Shown one piece after another: positions 43,722 through 54,529 of a stretch of DNA of 64,000 nt (positions are counted from its first letter, which is position 1; every line of letters begins with the position of its first letter). The notes under the pieces are model-generated. The model had not been told where the DNA came from. It worked only from the letters and a program-made list of their open reading frames with translations, and searched no databases. The stretch is from the NCBI GenBank assembly GCA_965222225.1, contig CBDCTK010000002.1, positions 4,576,001 through 4,640,000 of the forward strand. The letters are read 5' to 3'. The stretch comes from Candidatus Poribacteria bacterium (GTDB lineage Bacteria > Poribacteria > WGA-4E > JAJDTR01). The translations under genes and the position numbers were made by a program.

Positions 43722-43745
43722 GACCAAGCGAATGAACAATGAGTG
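43722..43745 (+). repeat. Truncated hypervariable unit (copy F) abutting REP GTAGGGTGGGCACCGCCCACC
   Basis: GACCAA GC GA AT G AAC A AT GA GT G. Confidence 0.7.
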
Positions 43746-43789
43746 TAGGGTGGGCACCGCCCACCATTCCTTATTCTATTTAGGAGGGG

Positions 43790-44016
43790 AATCAAGCGAC
43801 TGGATAAGGAGCGAACAGCGACCGCGATAGAAATCCTATAGCAAATCCCGTGCGATAGAGATTCCACGCGCGAGAATTCCCATAGAAGATTCTCATAGAG
43901 CTCCCATACATACCGTGTAATCCGTTTAATCCGATCAAGCGACTGGATAGGGAGCGCGATAGAGAATCCCTCAAGCGAGTGAACAGCCAGCGCGATAGAG
44001 ATCCCACAGAGAATCC
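43790..44016 (+). repeat. Reiterated hypervariable unit arrays (copies G and H)
   Basis: Four GCGATAG, three (A/GA)TCAAGCGA starts and multiple ATAG-N4/6-CCC tails, each different. Confidence 0.9.
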
Positions 44017-44258
44017 TGATTCAGACAAGCAGGTTCCTAGCAATTATCACGCTCGTTCAATTGTGGCACTTTTTTCAGTTTCGTTCTCCCTGTGCCAATC
44101 GGCAAATCTGATTTTACTTGTATCAATCTATAGTATTGTGATAACTTAATTCGGGAGGAAAATCGAACTTCGTTCAATTCTAAAGATGCTTGCAGGTCTT
44201 CGTTTGTGCAGCTTGGAACCCGCGATTCTAGGGACGCGAAAAGAACGAAATCAAGTTT

Positions 44259-44699
44259 ATGAAAGTCAAAATCAAGCGAGTAGATAAAGACCTCCCGTTG
44301 CCCAGATATGAAACTCCAGGGTCGGTGGGGTTTGATTTCCTTTGCCGCGAATCCGTGGCAATCAAGCCGCACAGTTTAGGACTCATCCCAGCCAACGTCA
44401 TCGTCGAAACGCCGCCGCGATATATGTTGATGGTCACGCTTCGCAGCAGCACGCCAAGGAAACGGGGTTTGCTGATTCCGCACGGGGTCGGAGTCATCGA
44501 TCAGGACTACTGCGGCGAGGGCGACGAGATAAGAATTCAGGTCTACAATTTTAGCTCCAATCCAGTGACGGTAGAACGAGGGGATAGGATTGCCCAGGGC
44601 GTTTTCGTCAGGGTGGATACGGCGCAGTGGTCGGAGGTCAATCGAATCGAGTCGGAGACACGCGGCGGATTTGGGAGTACCGATACCGTAGGGAATTGA
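44259..44699 (+). CDS. dut: dUTP diphosphatase
   Basis: GSVGFD, RSS, GVIDQDYCG, RIAQ, RGGFGST. Confidence 0.95.
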   Translation: MKVKIKRVDKDLPLPRYETPGSVGFDFLCRESVAIKPHSLGLIPANVIVETPPRYMLMVTLRSSTPRKRGLLIPHGVGVIDQDYCGEGDEIRIQVYNFSSNPVTVERGDRIAQGVFVRVDTAQWSEVNRIESETRGGFGSTDTVGN

Positions 44700-44701
44700 A
44701 G

Positions 44702-45523
44702 ATGGAACAGTATTTGGACGCGCTTAGACAGGTTGTAGAGACCGGGGTTGATCGGAGCGGCCGCAACGGCGATACCCGCGCCGTATTCGGGATGCAGATG
44801 CGTTTCGACATGTCCGACGGCTTTCCCGCCGTTACAACGAAGCAGCTTGCGTTTAACACCGGTGTGAAAGCCGAACTCTTGGGCTTTCTGAGAGGCTACT
44901 CGGATGTCAAGGACTTTCAGAAGCTGGGATGTAATGTCTGGAATCAGAACGCTGAAGCCGATTATTGGAAATCGCGTGCGCGCTTTGAGGGCGACTTGGG
45001 GCGAATTTACGGCGTACAATGGCGCTCATGGAAAACCGTAGACGGACGGACACTGGATCAGCTTGCCGAGGTGATTGATCAGATCAGGAACGATCCGTCC
45101 AGCCGCCGCCATGTGGTGACAGCCTGGAATCCCGGCGAGCTCGGCCAAATGGCGCTCGCCCCATGCCATGCGTTCTTCCAGTTTTTCGTAGCCGATGGCA
45201 AACTTTCGCTTCACATGTACGAACGGAGTTGCGACATGTTCTTGGGTGTCCCGTTTAATATCGCATCGTATGCCCTGCTCCTGCACATGGTGGCGCAGGT
45301 GACGGAACTAATGCCCGCTGAGTTCATTCACTCCCTGGGAGACGCCCATATCTACCATGAACACTTTGAGCATGTGGAAATACAGTTGGAAAGAGAACCT
45401 CTGCGGCTGCCGGAACTTTATCTAAACCCCAAGATAAAATCGATTGATGATTTCAAGATGCAGGACATCAAATTGCAAGATTACAAACACCACGACGCAA
45501 TCAAAGCGCCTATGGCAGTATGA
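44702..45523 (+). CDS. thyA: Thymidylate synthase
   Basis: DLGRIYGVQWR, AWNP, ALAPCH, RSCDMFLGVPFN, GDAHIY, PMAV. Confidence 0.97.
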   Translation: MEQYLDALRQVVETGVDRSGRNGDTRAVFGMQMRFDMSDGFPAVTTKQLAFNTGVKAELLGFLRGYSDVKDFQKLGCNVWNQNAEADYWKSRARFEGDLGRIYGVQWRSWKTVDGRTLDQLAEVIDQIRNDPSSRRHVVTAWNPGELGQMALAPCHAFFQFFVADGKLSLHMYERSCDMFLGVPFNIASYALLLHMVAQVTELMPAEFIHSLGDAHIYHEHFEHVEIQLEREPLRLPELYLNPKIKSIDDFKMQDIKLQDYKHHDAIKAPMAV

Positions 45524-45534
45524 GAGATGCTTCA

Positions 45535-46023
45535 ATGATTATATCGCTGATTGCGGCAATGGATCGGAATCGACTCATCGGACAGGCGAATCGTCTCCCT
45601 TGGCGTCTCCCCGCGGATATGAAGCATTTCAGAAAATTGACGCTGGGCAAACCGGTGGTGATGGGACGGCGAACCTTTGAATCCATTGGCAAACCGTTGC
45701 CCAAACGTACCAACATCATCTTAACTCGCGACCCGCATTTCCGTGCAGGCGGGTGCATTGTAACGCACGGTGTTGATGAAGCACTGAGGAAAGCGAATGA
45801 CTCCGAAGAGGTGATGATAATCGGCGGTTATTCGGTGTACAAGCAGTTCCTGGATTGCGCAGGACGTTTCTACCTGACGCAAATCCACGAATGCTTTGAG
45901 GGGGATGTCTATTTCCCGGAGTTTGAGTTGAGCGATTGGTGTGAGGTCAAACGTATCAGGTGCGAACCGGACAAAGATAATCCGCATTCGTACGACTTTG
46001 TTGTCCTTCGTAGAAACTCTTGA
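45535..46023 (+). CDS. folA: Dihydrofolate reductase
   Basis: LPWRLPADM, MGRRTFESI, PLPKR, IIGG, GDVYFP. Confidence 0.97.
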   Translation: MIISLIAAMDRNRLIGQANRLPWRLPADMKHFRKLTLGKPVVMGRRTFESIGKPLPKRTNIILTRDPHFRAGGCIVTHGVDEALRKANDSEEVMIIGGYSVYKQFLDCAGRFYLTQIHECFEGDVYFPEFELSDWCEVKRIRCEPDKDNPHSYDFVVLRRNS

Positions 46024-46169
46024 ATGTGTTCGTCAATCGATTTTGTAATCTTGCGCCATCTCGGCAATGATATTCATCTGTCACGCCTCCTGATTACCGC
46101 TGAGCAAAACTGTTTTCCAACAGGTATGCCTGCCACGGATAGACTAACCATCATGCGGAGCGGCCGAAC

Positions 46170-46607
46170 ATGAACATTGACGATTCAAATTACCGTACAA
46201 TAGTTATCAGTTTGGTCGTCGTTATACTGCTTGGAAGCGGATTCTGGATGTTGAAACGTCGTCATCCTGCGCTTTTCCTTGGCGAGCCGGATCTCATCGT
46301 GGATAAACAACAGAAATCGGATGAGAGTACGCCGGCAGTCGAATCCTCAATTCCGCCCGCTGGCGCAGATTCGGCTGTGCTTTCTGATCCCTTACCGCAT
46401 GGTACCAAAGATGGGCGAATTGACATCAATTCCGCCACGTTCGAGGAATTCGAATCTCTGCCGGGAATTGGTCCAGCAACGGCCAAAAGAATAATTGATT
46501 ATCGTGACATCAATGGGAGATTCGATATCGTCGACGATATCGCTGAAGTCCATGGAATCGGCGACAAAACGATAGAGAAATTACGAGACAGAATTGTCGC
46601 CCGCTGA
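46170..46607 (+). CDS. comEA: ComEA-family helix-hairpin-helix DNA-binding protein
   Basis: N-terminal TM; IDINSAT, LPGIGPATA, VHGIGDKT. Confidence 0.88.
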   Translation: MNIDDSNYRTIVISLVVVILLGSGFWMLKRRHPALFLGEPDLIVDKQQKSDESTPAVESSIPPAGADSAVLSDPLPHGTKDGRIDINSATFEEFESLPGIGPATAKRIIDYRDINGRFDIVDDIAEVHGIGDKTIEKLRDRIVAR

Positions 46608-46933
46608 TACATAGATTCATTGTTCACAATCTGTAGGATTTTAACATAGTAGCGAGCAATTGCCAAACCACGGAAATAGATATACAATTCCTCCAGATTT
46701 TGGTAGAATTGTCGGGAAGGTGGGGAGATTGGGGGATAGATTTTATCTCAAGGTGGGATGTTTACCCTCGCGCAAGATTTTGGCACTGGAAACTCGCGCG
46801 TACTTGAATAGTCTTGAATAGTATAGTTGTATATCGCAGCCTCGAATCATATTAAGTTGGAGCGATTGGGAACTTTGAAGTGACCTCATTTTTCTTGGCG
46901 CCAAATCGGTTGCTGGTAAGGAGATACTCTCTT

Positions 46934-49900
46934 ATGTATAAATGCCATTTCATTTCCAAATTGATTGGAACTCGGCATTATATTGTTCTTATCGGCCTAT
47001 TGACCCTCATCGTGGGTTCTCAAAACGTGTCCGCCCAATCGCAGTTGGCCCAAGATACCTATGCCATTTTTGAGGGAAGCTGCCTCATCTGCCACGGCCC
47101 CGACGGCGCCTATCGAGAAACGCTCCTCATGGAACACGACGCGCTCATCGGAGGGGGGACCGTCGTTCCGGGAAATCCGAATGCCTCCGAGTTGTATAAA
47201 CGGCTGCTTGGCCCCACCGAAAGCGGCGCACAGATGCCGTTCGGACAACCACCCCTGCCCCCTCAGTCGATTGACACGATTCGACGCTGGATAGTAGCCG
47301 GCGCACCCGATTGGGCGACAATTCCCACGACCAATAGCCGGTTTATCTCGCCCGGTGAAATACTCAAGAGCATTGAGACGCACCTCAACACACTTTCAGC
47401 GTTTGACCGCGCGTTTGCCCGCTACTTCACACTTACCCATCTGTATAACGCAGGGGAAACTCCGGAGTTACTTGGTGAGTACCGCAAAGCACTCTATAAA
47501 CTGGTCAACAGCCTCTCATGGGGACTTGATGTCATCAACCCAATCCCCATCGACACGCAAGCTACCATCTTTTACATAGACCTCCGACACTACGAATGGG
47601 ATGTCAATGACGCCTGGACGAAGATAGAAGAAGAGTATCCCTTTCACATTTCGTTTGACGCACCCGCACAGCTTGGACTGCGGAATCAACTTGGACGGTT
47701 GCAGACTCAGATGAAGACCGATGTGCCGTCGGTTCATATCGATTGGTTTCTTGCAACCGCCTCGACTCCACCGCTTTATCACGACCTGCTTTCGCTGCCG
47801 TTGACGGATAGGGAGCTGGAGACCCGATTGGAGGTTGATGTCGCCCGAAACCTTATCAACGCGCCCGGGGTTCGCGTCTCGCGGGCGGGATTCAACAATT
47901 CGGGCGTCTCCAATAACAACCGGGTAGTGGAACGGCATACCTCTCGCTATGGAGCGTACTGGAAAAGCTACGACTTTGCCGGGAGTGTCGGGGCACAGAA
48001 CATCTTTACCCACCCGCTCAATTTCACGCACGATGGCGGTGAGGCTATCTTCAATCTTCCAAACGGATTGCAGGGATATTACCTTGTCAACGCATCCGGT
48101 TTCCGTCTAGACGAGGCGCCGATAAACATCGTTTCCAACCCCGCTGCCAGCGACCCGACGGTGCGCAACGGAATTTCGTGTATCGGTTGCCATACCGAAG
48201 GCATGAAGACGTTTGAGGACCGGGTGCGTTCGGCGATTGAAAGCACCACCAACCCGCCCTACGACAAAGCGCAGGCGCTTCGACTCTACGTTGAAAAGTC
48301 AGACATGGACGCTCGTGTGGGTGATGACATGGAGCGCTATCGGGGTGCGCTTGAAGAGACGGGCGGTGCGTTGGGCGGTGTTGAACCGATTTCCCGTTTC
48401 CATGAGGCGTTTCATGGACCGGTGGACGCGGCATACGCCGCCGCCGTGGTTGGGTTGGAGACTGAATCCTTCCTCGCAAAGGTTCGTGAGAACGCGGGCC
48501 TGCAGAGCGCAGGTTTGCTCGTATTGGACGGCGGGCAGATTAAACGTGACACCTGGACATCTAGTTTTCGTGACGTGATTTCCGCACTGGATTACCCGCA
48601 GTTAGTCGGAGAGACACCGGTCATAACACAGCCCGATGTGATACCGGGTGGGCAGGTTCAAATCCCGGATCCAAACCTGCGTGCCGCTATTGCGGAAGAA
48701 CTCGGCAAAAGCGTCAATGCCCCGATAACCGCGGAAGACATGGAAGGATTGACTTTCTTGAGCAAAATAGAGGGGCAAGGTATCCGCGATTTAACCGGTC
48801 TTCAGTTTGCGACAAATCTGTCTAGCATAAGGATTGATGGGTCTAAGGTGTCTGATCTCTCTCCGATAGCAGGACTAACCCAGTTAAAAAGGATAGATAT
48901 TGACTTCACCGATCCGCCTTCCATTATTCATGACGCGAAACAGCTTTCCAGATTGGTTAATCTGACTTTTTTAGCTCTTCATGGAGTAGAGGACCTTACA
49001 CCCCTTGCTGGGCTACCCAAGTTAGAGCAACTCTTTGTGAGTCACCCTAACATACGCGATCTATCGCCGCTTGCCGGATTAATCAACTTGGAACTTATTC
49101 ACTTGGAACTTATTCACATGAGCGGCGCCCTTATATCCGATTTATCCCCGCTTGCGGGATTAACAAAACTAGAGCATGTACATCTTCCCGGCGGAGACAT
49201 ATCGGATCTTACCCCTTTGGCGGGATTAACCGAGTTAGAAGAGTTGCATCTGCACCACAACTCAATATCGGATATATCCCCCATCGCGGGGTTAACCAAC
49301 TTGAAGCGGCTAGATCTGTCCCGCATTGATGTCCTATCCGATATATCGCCCCTTGCCACGTTATCGAACTTGGAGTGGTTGAGCCTACGCAACAACAACA
49401 TTTCGGACATTTTCGCACTTGCCCGCTTAACCAATTTAACCTACATGGATCTCGCCAGAAACGAAATCTCGGACGTATCGCCCCTTGCCACGTTATCAAA
49501 CTTAAAGCGGTTGGAGCTCCTCGACAACAACATTTCGGACATTTCCGCACTTGCCCGCTTAACCAATTTAACCTGGCTGAATGTCTCGCAAAACGAAATC
49601 TCCGACCTGTCTCCGCTAGACGGGTTGCGCCCCAACTTGGATTTTCTTAGCGTGTCCGACAATCCGTATTTCCCACCGGGCGGGCCAAAAATTGATGGGC
49701 CTTGGTTATGGCTCCTCTTACCAGGGGCAAAATTGCCTAGCGGTAAGGATTTATTATCAGAAGCGAGTGGAGGCGCCGTGACCGAGTTAACAGTTGCCAC
49801 CCATGGGGCAACGGCGGGCCAAGCGGTCAGGGATAGCATCTGGACCTTAGACACACTCCCGCATCAAAAAAAATATAACATTTCCCATATGCTGAAAGAC

Positions 49901-51199
49901 TCAATCCGTAACGGCACCATCTACGGATCTCTGTCCCTTTATTCACCACGAGAACAGGAAACAATGATATATGTTGGCAGCCAGAATTCGGTAAAAACCT
50001 GGCTGAACGGAGTTTTGGTTCACCAGGTTATCGATTGGCGCGATCCTGATAATTACACGGATGCTGTCCCTGTCACGCTGAAGCCCGGACGGAATGTGTT
50101 GTTAGTCGCGGTTGCTATCCTTGCTGACAACGGTCATGGCTTTTTTGGATTTTCACCCGGCACCGAATACGCAGTGGCCACTGGTATCGGCTATGCTTTT
50201 TCGCACGCGCCAATCCACATCGATGATACCTTTACCTTCGATGTGCGTGCGGAGAACGTGTCTGACCTGGCGGGGTGGCAGTTTGATATTGCGTTCGACC
50301 CTGCCATCCTTGAAGCGGTTGACGTGAGTGAAGGAAATTTCCTGAAAACTGACGGCGGAGCGACCTTCTTTCAGCGTGGGCACATTGACAACGCGGCGGG
50401 CAAAATCACAGGACTCAGTGCGGCACGGATTACGGATCGCGAGGTCAGTGGCACCGGTACCATCCTCCAAGTGAGGTTCAAGGCAAAAATCGGAGGAGAA
50501 ACGGAATTGGCGCTGGGGAACTTCGAGTTCGGCTCTAGCACCGGGGAAAACATCCCTGCAGGCCCCCTTGAAATACGCATCACCGTGGAGGAACGACTTG
50601 CCACCGGGGACGTGAATCGAGACGGACGGGTGAGTATTTTGGATTTGATTCTCGTCGCACAGCAGTTGGGGAGAAGCGTACCCCCCAACTCACCGGTGGA
50701 TATTAACGGAGATGGGGTTGTCAACATCTTCGACCTTAGCCTCGTGGCGCAGGGAATAGGCGGAGCTGCTGCGCCAGCAGCTCGGGGCATAGACTCGGCT
50801 GCGATAGAGGCGTGGATTGCGCTGGCGCGGCTCCAAGATGACGGCTCAATCGCCTTCCGACAAGCCATAGCCAACCTCGAGGTGTTGTTAGCCTCAATGA
50901 TCCCGTCAGAGACGGCACTCCTGCCCAATTATCCGAATCCGTTCAATCCTGAAACGTGGATACCGTACCAGTTGGCTGTCCCCGCGGAGGTGACGCTGAC
51001 AATCTATGACATGAACGGAGGAACGGTTCGGCGTTTGGAGGTAGCGCATCAAGCGGCGGGCACCTATCAGAATCGGAGCCGCGCGGCGTATTGGGATGGT
51101 CGGAATCAACGTGGAGAGTCCGTTGCCAGCGGTTTGTATTTCTACACGCTGAAAGCAGGCGAGTTCACGGCGACGCGCAAGATGCTTATAAGGAAGTAG
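46934..51199 (+). CDS. Large secreted multidomain protein: cytochrome c (2 CxxCH), internalin-like LRRs, cohesin, dockerin-like, FlgD-Ig C-terminus
   Basis: CLICH and CIGCH; IPDPNLRAAI cap followed by ISDLSPLAGLTNL repeats; LAGWQFDIAFDP; GDVNRDGRVSILDL; NYPNPFNPETWIPY...ASGLYFY. Confidence 0.9.
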   Translation: MYKCHFISKLIGTRHYIVLIGLLTLIVGSQNVSAQSQLAQDTYAIFEGSCLICHGPDGAYRETLLMEHDALIGGGTVVPGNPNASELYKRLLGPTESGAQMPFGQPPLPPQSIDTIRRWIVAGAPDWATIPTTNSRFISPGEILKSIETHLNTLSAFDRAFARYFTLTHLYNAGETPELLGEYRKALYKLVNSLSWGLDVINPIPIDTQATIFYIDLRHYEWDVNDAWTKIEEEYPFHISFDAPAQLGLRNQLGRLQTQMKTDVPSVHIDWFLATASTPPLYHDLLSLPLTDRELETRLEVDVARNLINAPGVRVSRAGFNNSGVSNNNRVVERHTSRYGAYWKSYDFAGSVGAQNIFTHPLNFTHDGGEAIFNLPNGLQGYYLVNASGFRLDEAPINIVSNPAASDPTVRNGISCIGCHTEGMKTFEDRVRSAIESTTNPPYDKAQALRLYVEKSDMDARVGDDMERYRGALEETGGALGGVEPISRFHEAFHGPVDAAYAAAVVGLETESFLAKVRENAGLQSAGLLVLDGGQIKRDTWTSSFRDVISALDYPQLVGETPVITQPDVIPGGQVQIPDPNLRAAIAEELGKSVNAPITAEDMEGLTFLSKIEGQGIRDLTGLQFATNLSSIRIDGSKVSDLSPIAGLTQLKRIDIDFTDPPSIIHDAKQLSRLVNLTFLALHGVEDLTPLAGLPKLEQLFVSHPNIRDLSPLAGLINLELIHLELIHMSGALISDLSPLAGLTKLEHVHLPGGDISDLTPLAGLTELEELHLHHNSISDISPIAGLTNLKRLDLSRIDVLSDISPLATLSNLEWLSLRNNNISDIFALARLTNLTYMDLARNEISDVSPLATLSNLKRLELLDNNISDISALARLTNLTWLNVSQNEISDLSPLDGLRPNLDFLSVSDNPYFPPGGPKIDGPWLWLLLPGAKLPSGKDLLSEASGGAVTELTVATHGATAGQAVRDSIWTLDTLPHQKKYNISHMLKDSIRNGTIYGSLSLYSPREQETMIYVGSQNSVKTWLNGVLVHQVIDWRDPDNYTDAVPVTLKPGRNVLLVAVAILADNGHGFFGFSPGTEYAVATGIGYAFSHAPIHIDDTFTFDVRAENVSDLAGWQFDIAFDPAILEAVDVSEGNFLKTDGGATFFQRGHIDNAAGKITGLSAARITDREVSGTGTILQVRFKAKIGGETELALGNFEFGSSTGENIPAGPLEIRITVEERLATGDVNRDGRVSILDLILVAQQLGRSVPPNSPVDINGDGVVNIFDLSLVAQGIGGAAAPAARGIDSAAIEAWIALARLQDDGSIAFRQAIANLEVLLASMIPSETALLPNYPNPFNPETWIPYQLAVPAEVTLTIYDMNGGTVRRLEVAHQAAGTYQNRSRAAYWDGRNQRGESVASGLYFYTLKAGEFTATRKMLIRK

Positions 51200-51230
51200 A
51201 GCCTATTTGCTTGATTCAATTTCAGATGTT

Positions 51231-51337
51231 TAACCCATGTTGCTAGGTATTCCAGTTGGTCAAGTTTTTATTCGACCGGGGAGTTGATAGGTCGGGCTAG
51301 AAGCCAGACCTACCGGGATGGGTAGCAACTTGGATTA
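51231..51337. mobile_element. MITE-like element with TAACCCA(A/T)GTTGC terminal inverted repeats
   Basis: TAACCCATGTTGC ... GCAACTTGGATTA with internal hairpin TAGGTCGGGCT/AGCCAGACCTA. Confidence 0.55.
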
Positions 51338-51405
51338 GCAACGATTCGATTGAAGTCATCAATACCTAAGAATCGGCACTCCTTCACGCGTGCCCATGAC
51401 AGTCT

Positions 51406-52455
51406 ATGTTAGAAAATAATTATCCGAAACTTCATAATGCCGCTTGGCCCGGGGTGGTGGGAAAAGGTGAAGATTCAGAACCGCCCATCCCGTTGGACAC
51501 TATGTTGAACCTCACCGCCGCCGCCGATGCGGACGGCGTAAAATTTGATGGCATTGACCTTTTTCTAGCCGCTCCCCACGTTGACATTGACAGCACCGAA
51601 GATGAGATAAAGGCGCTTGCCGACAAAATTGCTGCGCTCAATCTCAAGATTGGCAGTGTTGTTGCCCCCGTCTGGGAGCCGACCGGTGGCGGTTCCGCTA
51701 TGGGCAACGCGGAAGAGCGAGGACGTTTCTTGACGCAAGTTCGCAAGGCATGCAATATTGTCAAGACGATGCGCGAATTGGGCATCCGTCCTAGTGGAGT
51801 TGTGCGAATTGATTCGTCGGTGGATCCGGAAAGTTGGACGGCGGATCCGGTGGCGAACACGGAGCGGATTGCATCAACCTTCCGCGAAGCCTGCGATATT
51901 GCGGCGGATTACGGAGAATCGCTGGCAGCCGAGGGCGAGATTTGCTGGGGAGGTATGCACGGCTGGAAAACCATGATTGCAACCCTCGAAGCCGTCGACC
52001 GTCCCAATATCGGGTTCCAGGCGGATATGGCACACACCCTGCTATACTTACTGGGATATAACATACCGGAGGAGCGCATCCTACCCGATGATTTCGACTG
52101 GTCGGATCGTGAAGCTTTGACGGAAGGTCTTCGCCAGCTGACGGCGGCGCTGCGCCCGTGGACTACTGACTTTCATGTGGCGCAGAACGATGGCACGGTG
52201 CACGGAACCGGTTCCCATGACAAAACGGGCAGACACTGTCAAGCTACCGACCCCAACGGCAAACTCGATATCCCAGCCGATGCCGGGCACTGGTTTCGGG
52301 AGGAGGATGGCACCCTCACCAAAGCCTTCAGACACATCTGTTGGGATGGCTGCATGTTTCCCAATCAGGTGATGATGGAACAGCAAACCTGGAATGATAT
52401 CCTGGCAGCAATGATTGAGGTTCGGAAGATGCACGGATGGTATGAAGCGGAATAA
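51406..52455 (+). CDS. Xylose isomerase-like TIM barrel sugar isomerase/epimerase
   Basis: [32 protein letters not shown]. Confidence 0.88.
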   Translation: MLENNYPKLHNAAWPGVVGKGEDSEPPIPLDTMLNLTAAADADGVKFDGIDLFLAAPHVDIDSTEDEIKALADKIAALNLKIGSVVAPVWEPTGGGSAMGNAEERGRFLTQVRKACNIVKTMRELGIRPSGVVRIDSSVDPESWTADPVANTERIASTFREACDIAADYGESLAAEGEICWGGMHGWKTMIATLEAVDRPNIGFQADMAHTLLYLLGYNIPEERILPDDFDWSDREALTEGLRQLTAALRPWTTDFHVAQNDGTVHGTGSHDKTGRHCQATDPNGKLDIPADAGHWFREEDGTLTKAFRHICWDGCMFPNQVMMEQQTWNDILAAMIEVRKMHGWYEAE

Positions 52456-52491
52456 TGGCTCGTTTGAGCGCAACGGAACGACATAATCACC

Positions 52492-53646
52492 ATGGCTAAC
52501 AACAAGACGCTCAGAATAGGACTCATCGGCACGGGCTTTATGGCGCGTGCACACACCAACGCATACAAACGGGTGGGAGATTTTTTCCCCGATCTCGAAT
52601 GGCGACCCGGGTTGAAGGCAGTCTGCGCACGAACTCCGGAGAAAGTTCGAGCGTTTGCGGAGCAGTGGGGTTACGAATCCATTGAGACGGATTGGAGAAC
52701 CCTTGTTTCGAGAGAGGATATTGACGCTATTGATATCTGCGCGCCGAACAATACTCATGCAGAGATTGCCCTCGCGGTCGCCGCGGCGGGAAAGACGGTT
52801 CTCTGCGAAAAGCCGCTGGCGCGGACGGTAGCCGAAGGGCAACCGATGGTGGACGCGGTAGAAGATGCTGGGGTGAAGAACACCGTTTGGTACAATTATA
52901 GGCGTGTACCGGCAGTCACCTTGGCAAAACAGGTGATAGATTCCGGCAAATTGGGTCGGATTTTCCATTATCGTACCAACTTCCTTCAGGATTGGACCAT
53001 CAGTCCCGATCTGCCTCAGGGCGGAGAGGCTTTATGGCGGCTGGACGTGGACGCTGCCGGATCCGGTGTGACGGGCGATCTGCTTGCGCACTGCATTGAT
53101 ACCGCCATGTGGTTGAACGGCGGAATTGCGGATGTTTCAGCCGTTACGGAGACATTCATTAAGGAAAGAGTTCATCAGGCAACCGGGAAGGTGCAGGAGG
53201 TCGGCATTGACGATGCTTGCATTTTTCATTGTCATTTTGATAACGGATCACTCGGTGTGTTCGAAGCGACTCGGTATGCCCGCGGTCAGAAGGCTTCGTA
53301 TACCTTTGAAATCAACGGTCAACACGCCTCCATCCGATGGGACTTGCACGACCAGAACCGACTCGGCTACTTCGATCACAGTGATGATTCGATTGTGCGC
53401 GGTTGGCGCTCTATTCATGTTTCGGACAGCGATCAGCCCTATATTGATAAGTGGTGGGTTCCCGGTCTGTGCCTCGGATACGAACATACCTTTGTGCACC
53501 ACATGGCTGATTTTCTGCAAAGCTTGGAAACAGGCGAACCCTGCTCGCCTACATTTAGGGAAGCCTTAGAAACGCAGAAGGTATGCGAGGCGGTGCTTGA
53601 ATCCGCCGCCTCCAAAAGCTGGAAAGAAACGGGAGTCAACTGGTAA
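52492..53646 (+). CDS. Gfo/Idh/MocA family oxidoreductase
   Basis: [19 protein letters not shown]. Confidence 0.92.
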   Translation: MANNKTLRIGLIGTGFMARAHTNAYKRVGDFFPDLEWRPGLKAVCARTPEKVRAFAEQWGYESIETDWRTLVSREDIDAIDICAPNNTHAEIALAVAAAGKTVLCEKPLARTVAEGQPMVDAVEDAGVKNTVWYNYRRVPAVTLAKQVIDSGKLGRIFHYRTNFLQDWTISPDLPQGGEALWRLDVDAAGSGVTGDLLAHCIDTAMWLNGGIADVSAVTETFIKERVHQATGKVQEVGIDDACIFHCHFDNGSLGVFEATRYARGQKASYTFEINGQHASIRWDLHDQNRLGYFDHSDDSIVRGWRSIHVSDSDQPYIDKWWVPGLCLGYEHTFVHHMADFLQSLETGEPCSPTFREALETQKVCEAVLESAASKSWKETGVNW

Positions 53647-53710
53647 TTTAAGCTAGGCGAGACAAGCGAAAACGGTGTTTTGCGAACACAGGTAGTCAGC
53701 TGTGACGATT

Positions 53711-54448
53711 ATGAAAACCATTGAACAAAAACTCGATCAACTGGAAGAGGAAGGTCATATCCTGATAGAAGGGGCTCTGTCTTCTGAGGAAACCGAACAC
53801 GTTCGGCAACGCATCAATTACGCCCGCGAAATGGGATGGGCTGACGGGCTAAACAGTGTGGGTAACATGTGGTTTGATACACTGCTGGATCGAGAGCCTG
53901 AGACATTCGCGCCGTTGGTAGGCCATCCCGGAATCCGCCCCTACCTTGAGGGGATGATGGGCAAACAGTGTCAACTGCGAAGCCTGCGAATCCACATTAA
54001 TCCGGGCGCTTATCTTCAGGAGTGGCATCTCGATTTCTATGGGTATTGGGAGGAGAAGCGCGACGCAGCGAAATCACGCCTTACGGTGCCTCCGATAAGC
54101 ATCAATACCACGTTCTACCTTCAGGACAATGGCCCCGGTTTGGGGCATCTCAAGTACGTGAAAGACGGACATCGGATGGAACCCCCGCATCTGCATCCGA
54201 TGGATCGTCCCAAATTTGAAGCATGGTGCGAAGCACAAGAGCATGACGTGGTCTATCCCAAGGCGGGGGACTGTGTGATTTTCTTGAGCCACATTCCTCA
54301 TCAGGGGGCTAAAGAGCGCGACGATATGGAGCGAAGCAACGTCGTTTGCCATTACCAGTTGACCCCAATGCACGAAGGTGTTCTCTACGTCTCGCAGCCT
54401 CGCGGTTACAAATGGACATTCCCGTTTGTAATGCGAGACCGTCGATAG
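53711..54448 (+). CDS. PhyH family dioxygenase
   Basis: EWHLD, KAGDCVIF..HIPHQG. Confidence 0.85.
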   Translation: MKTIEQKLDQLEEEGHILIEGALSSEETEHVRQRINYAREMGWADGLNSVGNMWFDTLLDREPETFAPLVGHPGIRPYLEGMMGKQCQLRSLRIHINPGAYLQEWHLDFYGYWEEKRDAAKSRLTVPPISINTTFYLQDNGPGLGHLKYVKDGHRMEPPHLHPMDRPKFEAWCEAQEHDVVYPKAGDCVIFLSHIPHQGAKERDDMERSNVVCHYQLTPMHEGVLYVSQPRGYKWTFPFVMRDRR

Positions 54449-54529
54449 TGATGCCAGCGAGACATCCCCCAATTACTCTACCCCGCGCTTCCAAGTGAGA
54501 GAAAGAAATCAGACGCATAGACAGAAAAC

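Noticed and set aside
43790-44016. Possible CRISPR array
   Set aside because: No identical repeats separated by unique 30-40 nt spacers and no cas genes; the whole tract is built from the variable unit itself.
52081-52968. 295-aa minus-strand ORF and similar long antisense ORFs (e.g. 58099..58725, 50371..50928)
   Set aside because: Shadows of well-supported genes on the opposite strand, with no motifs.
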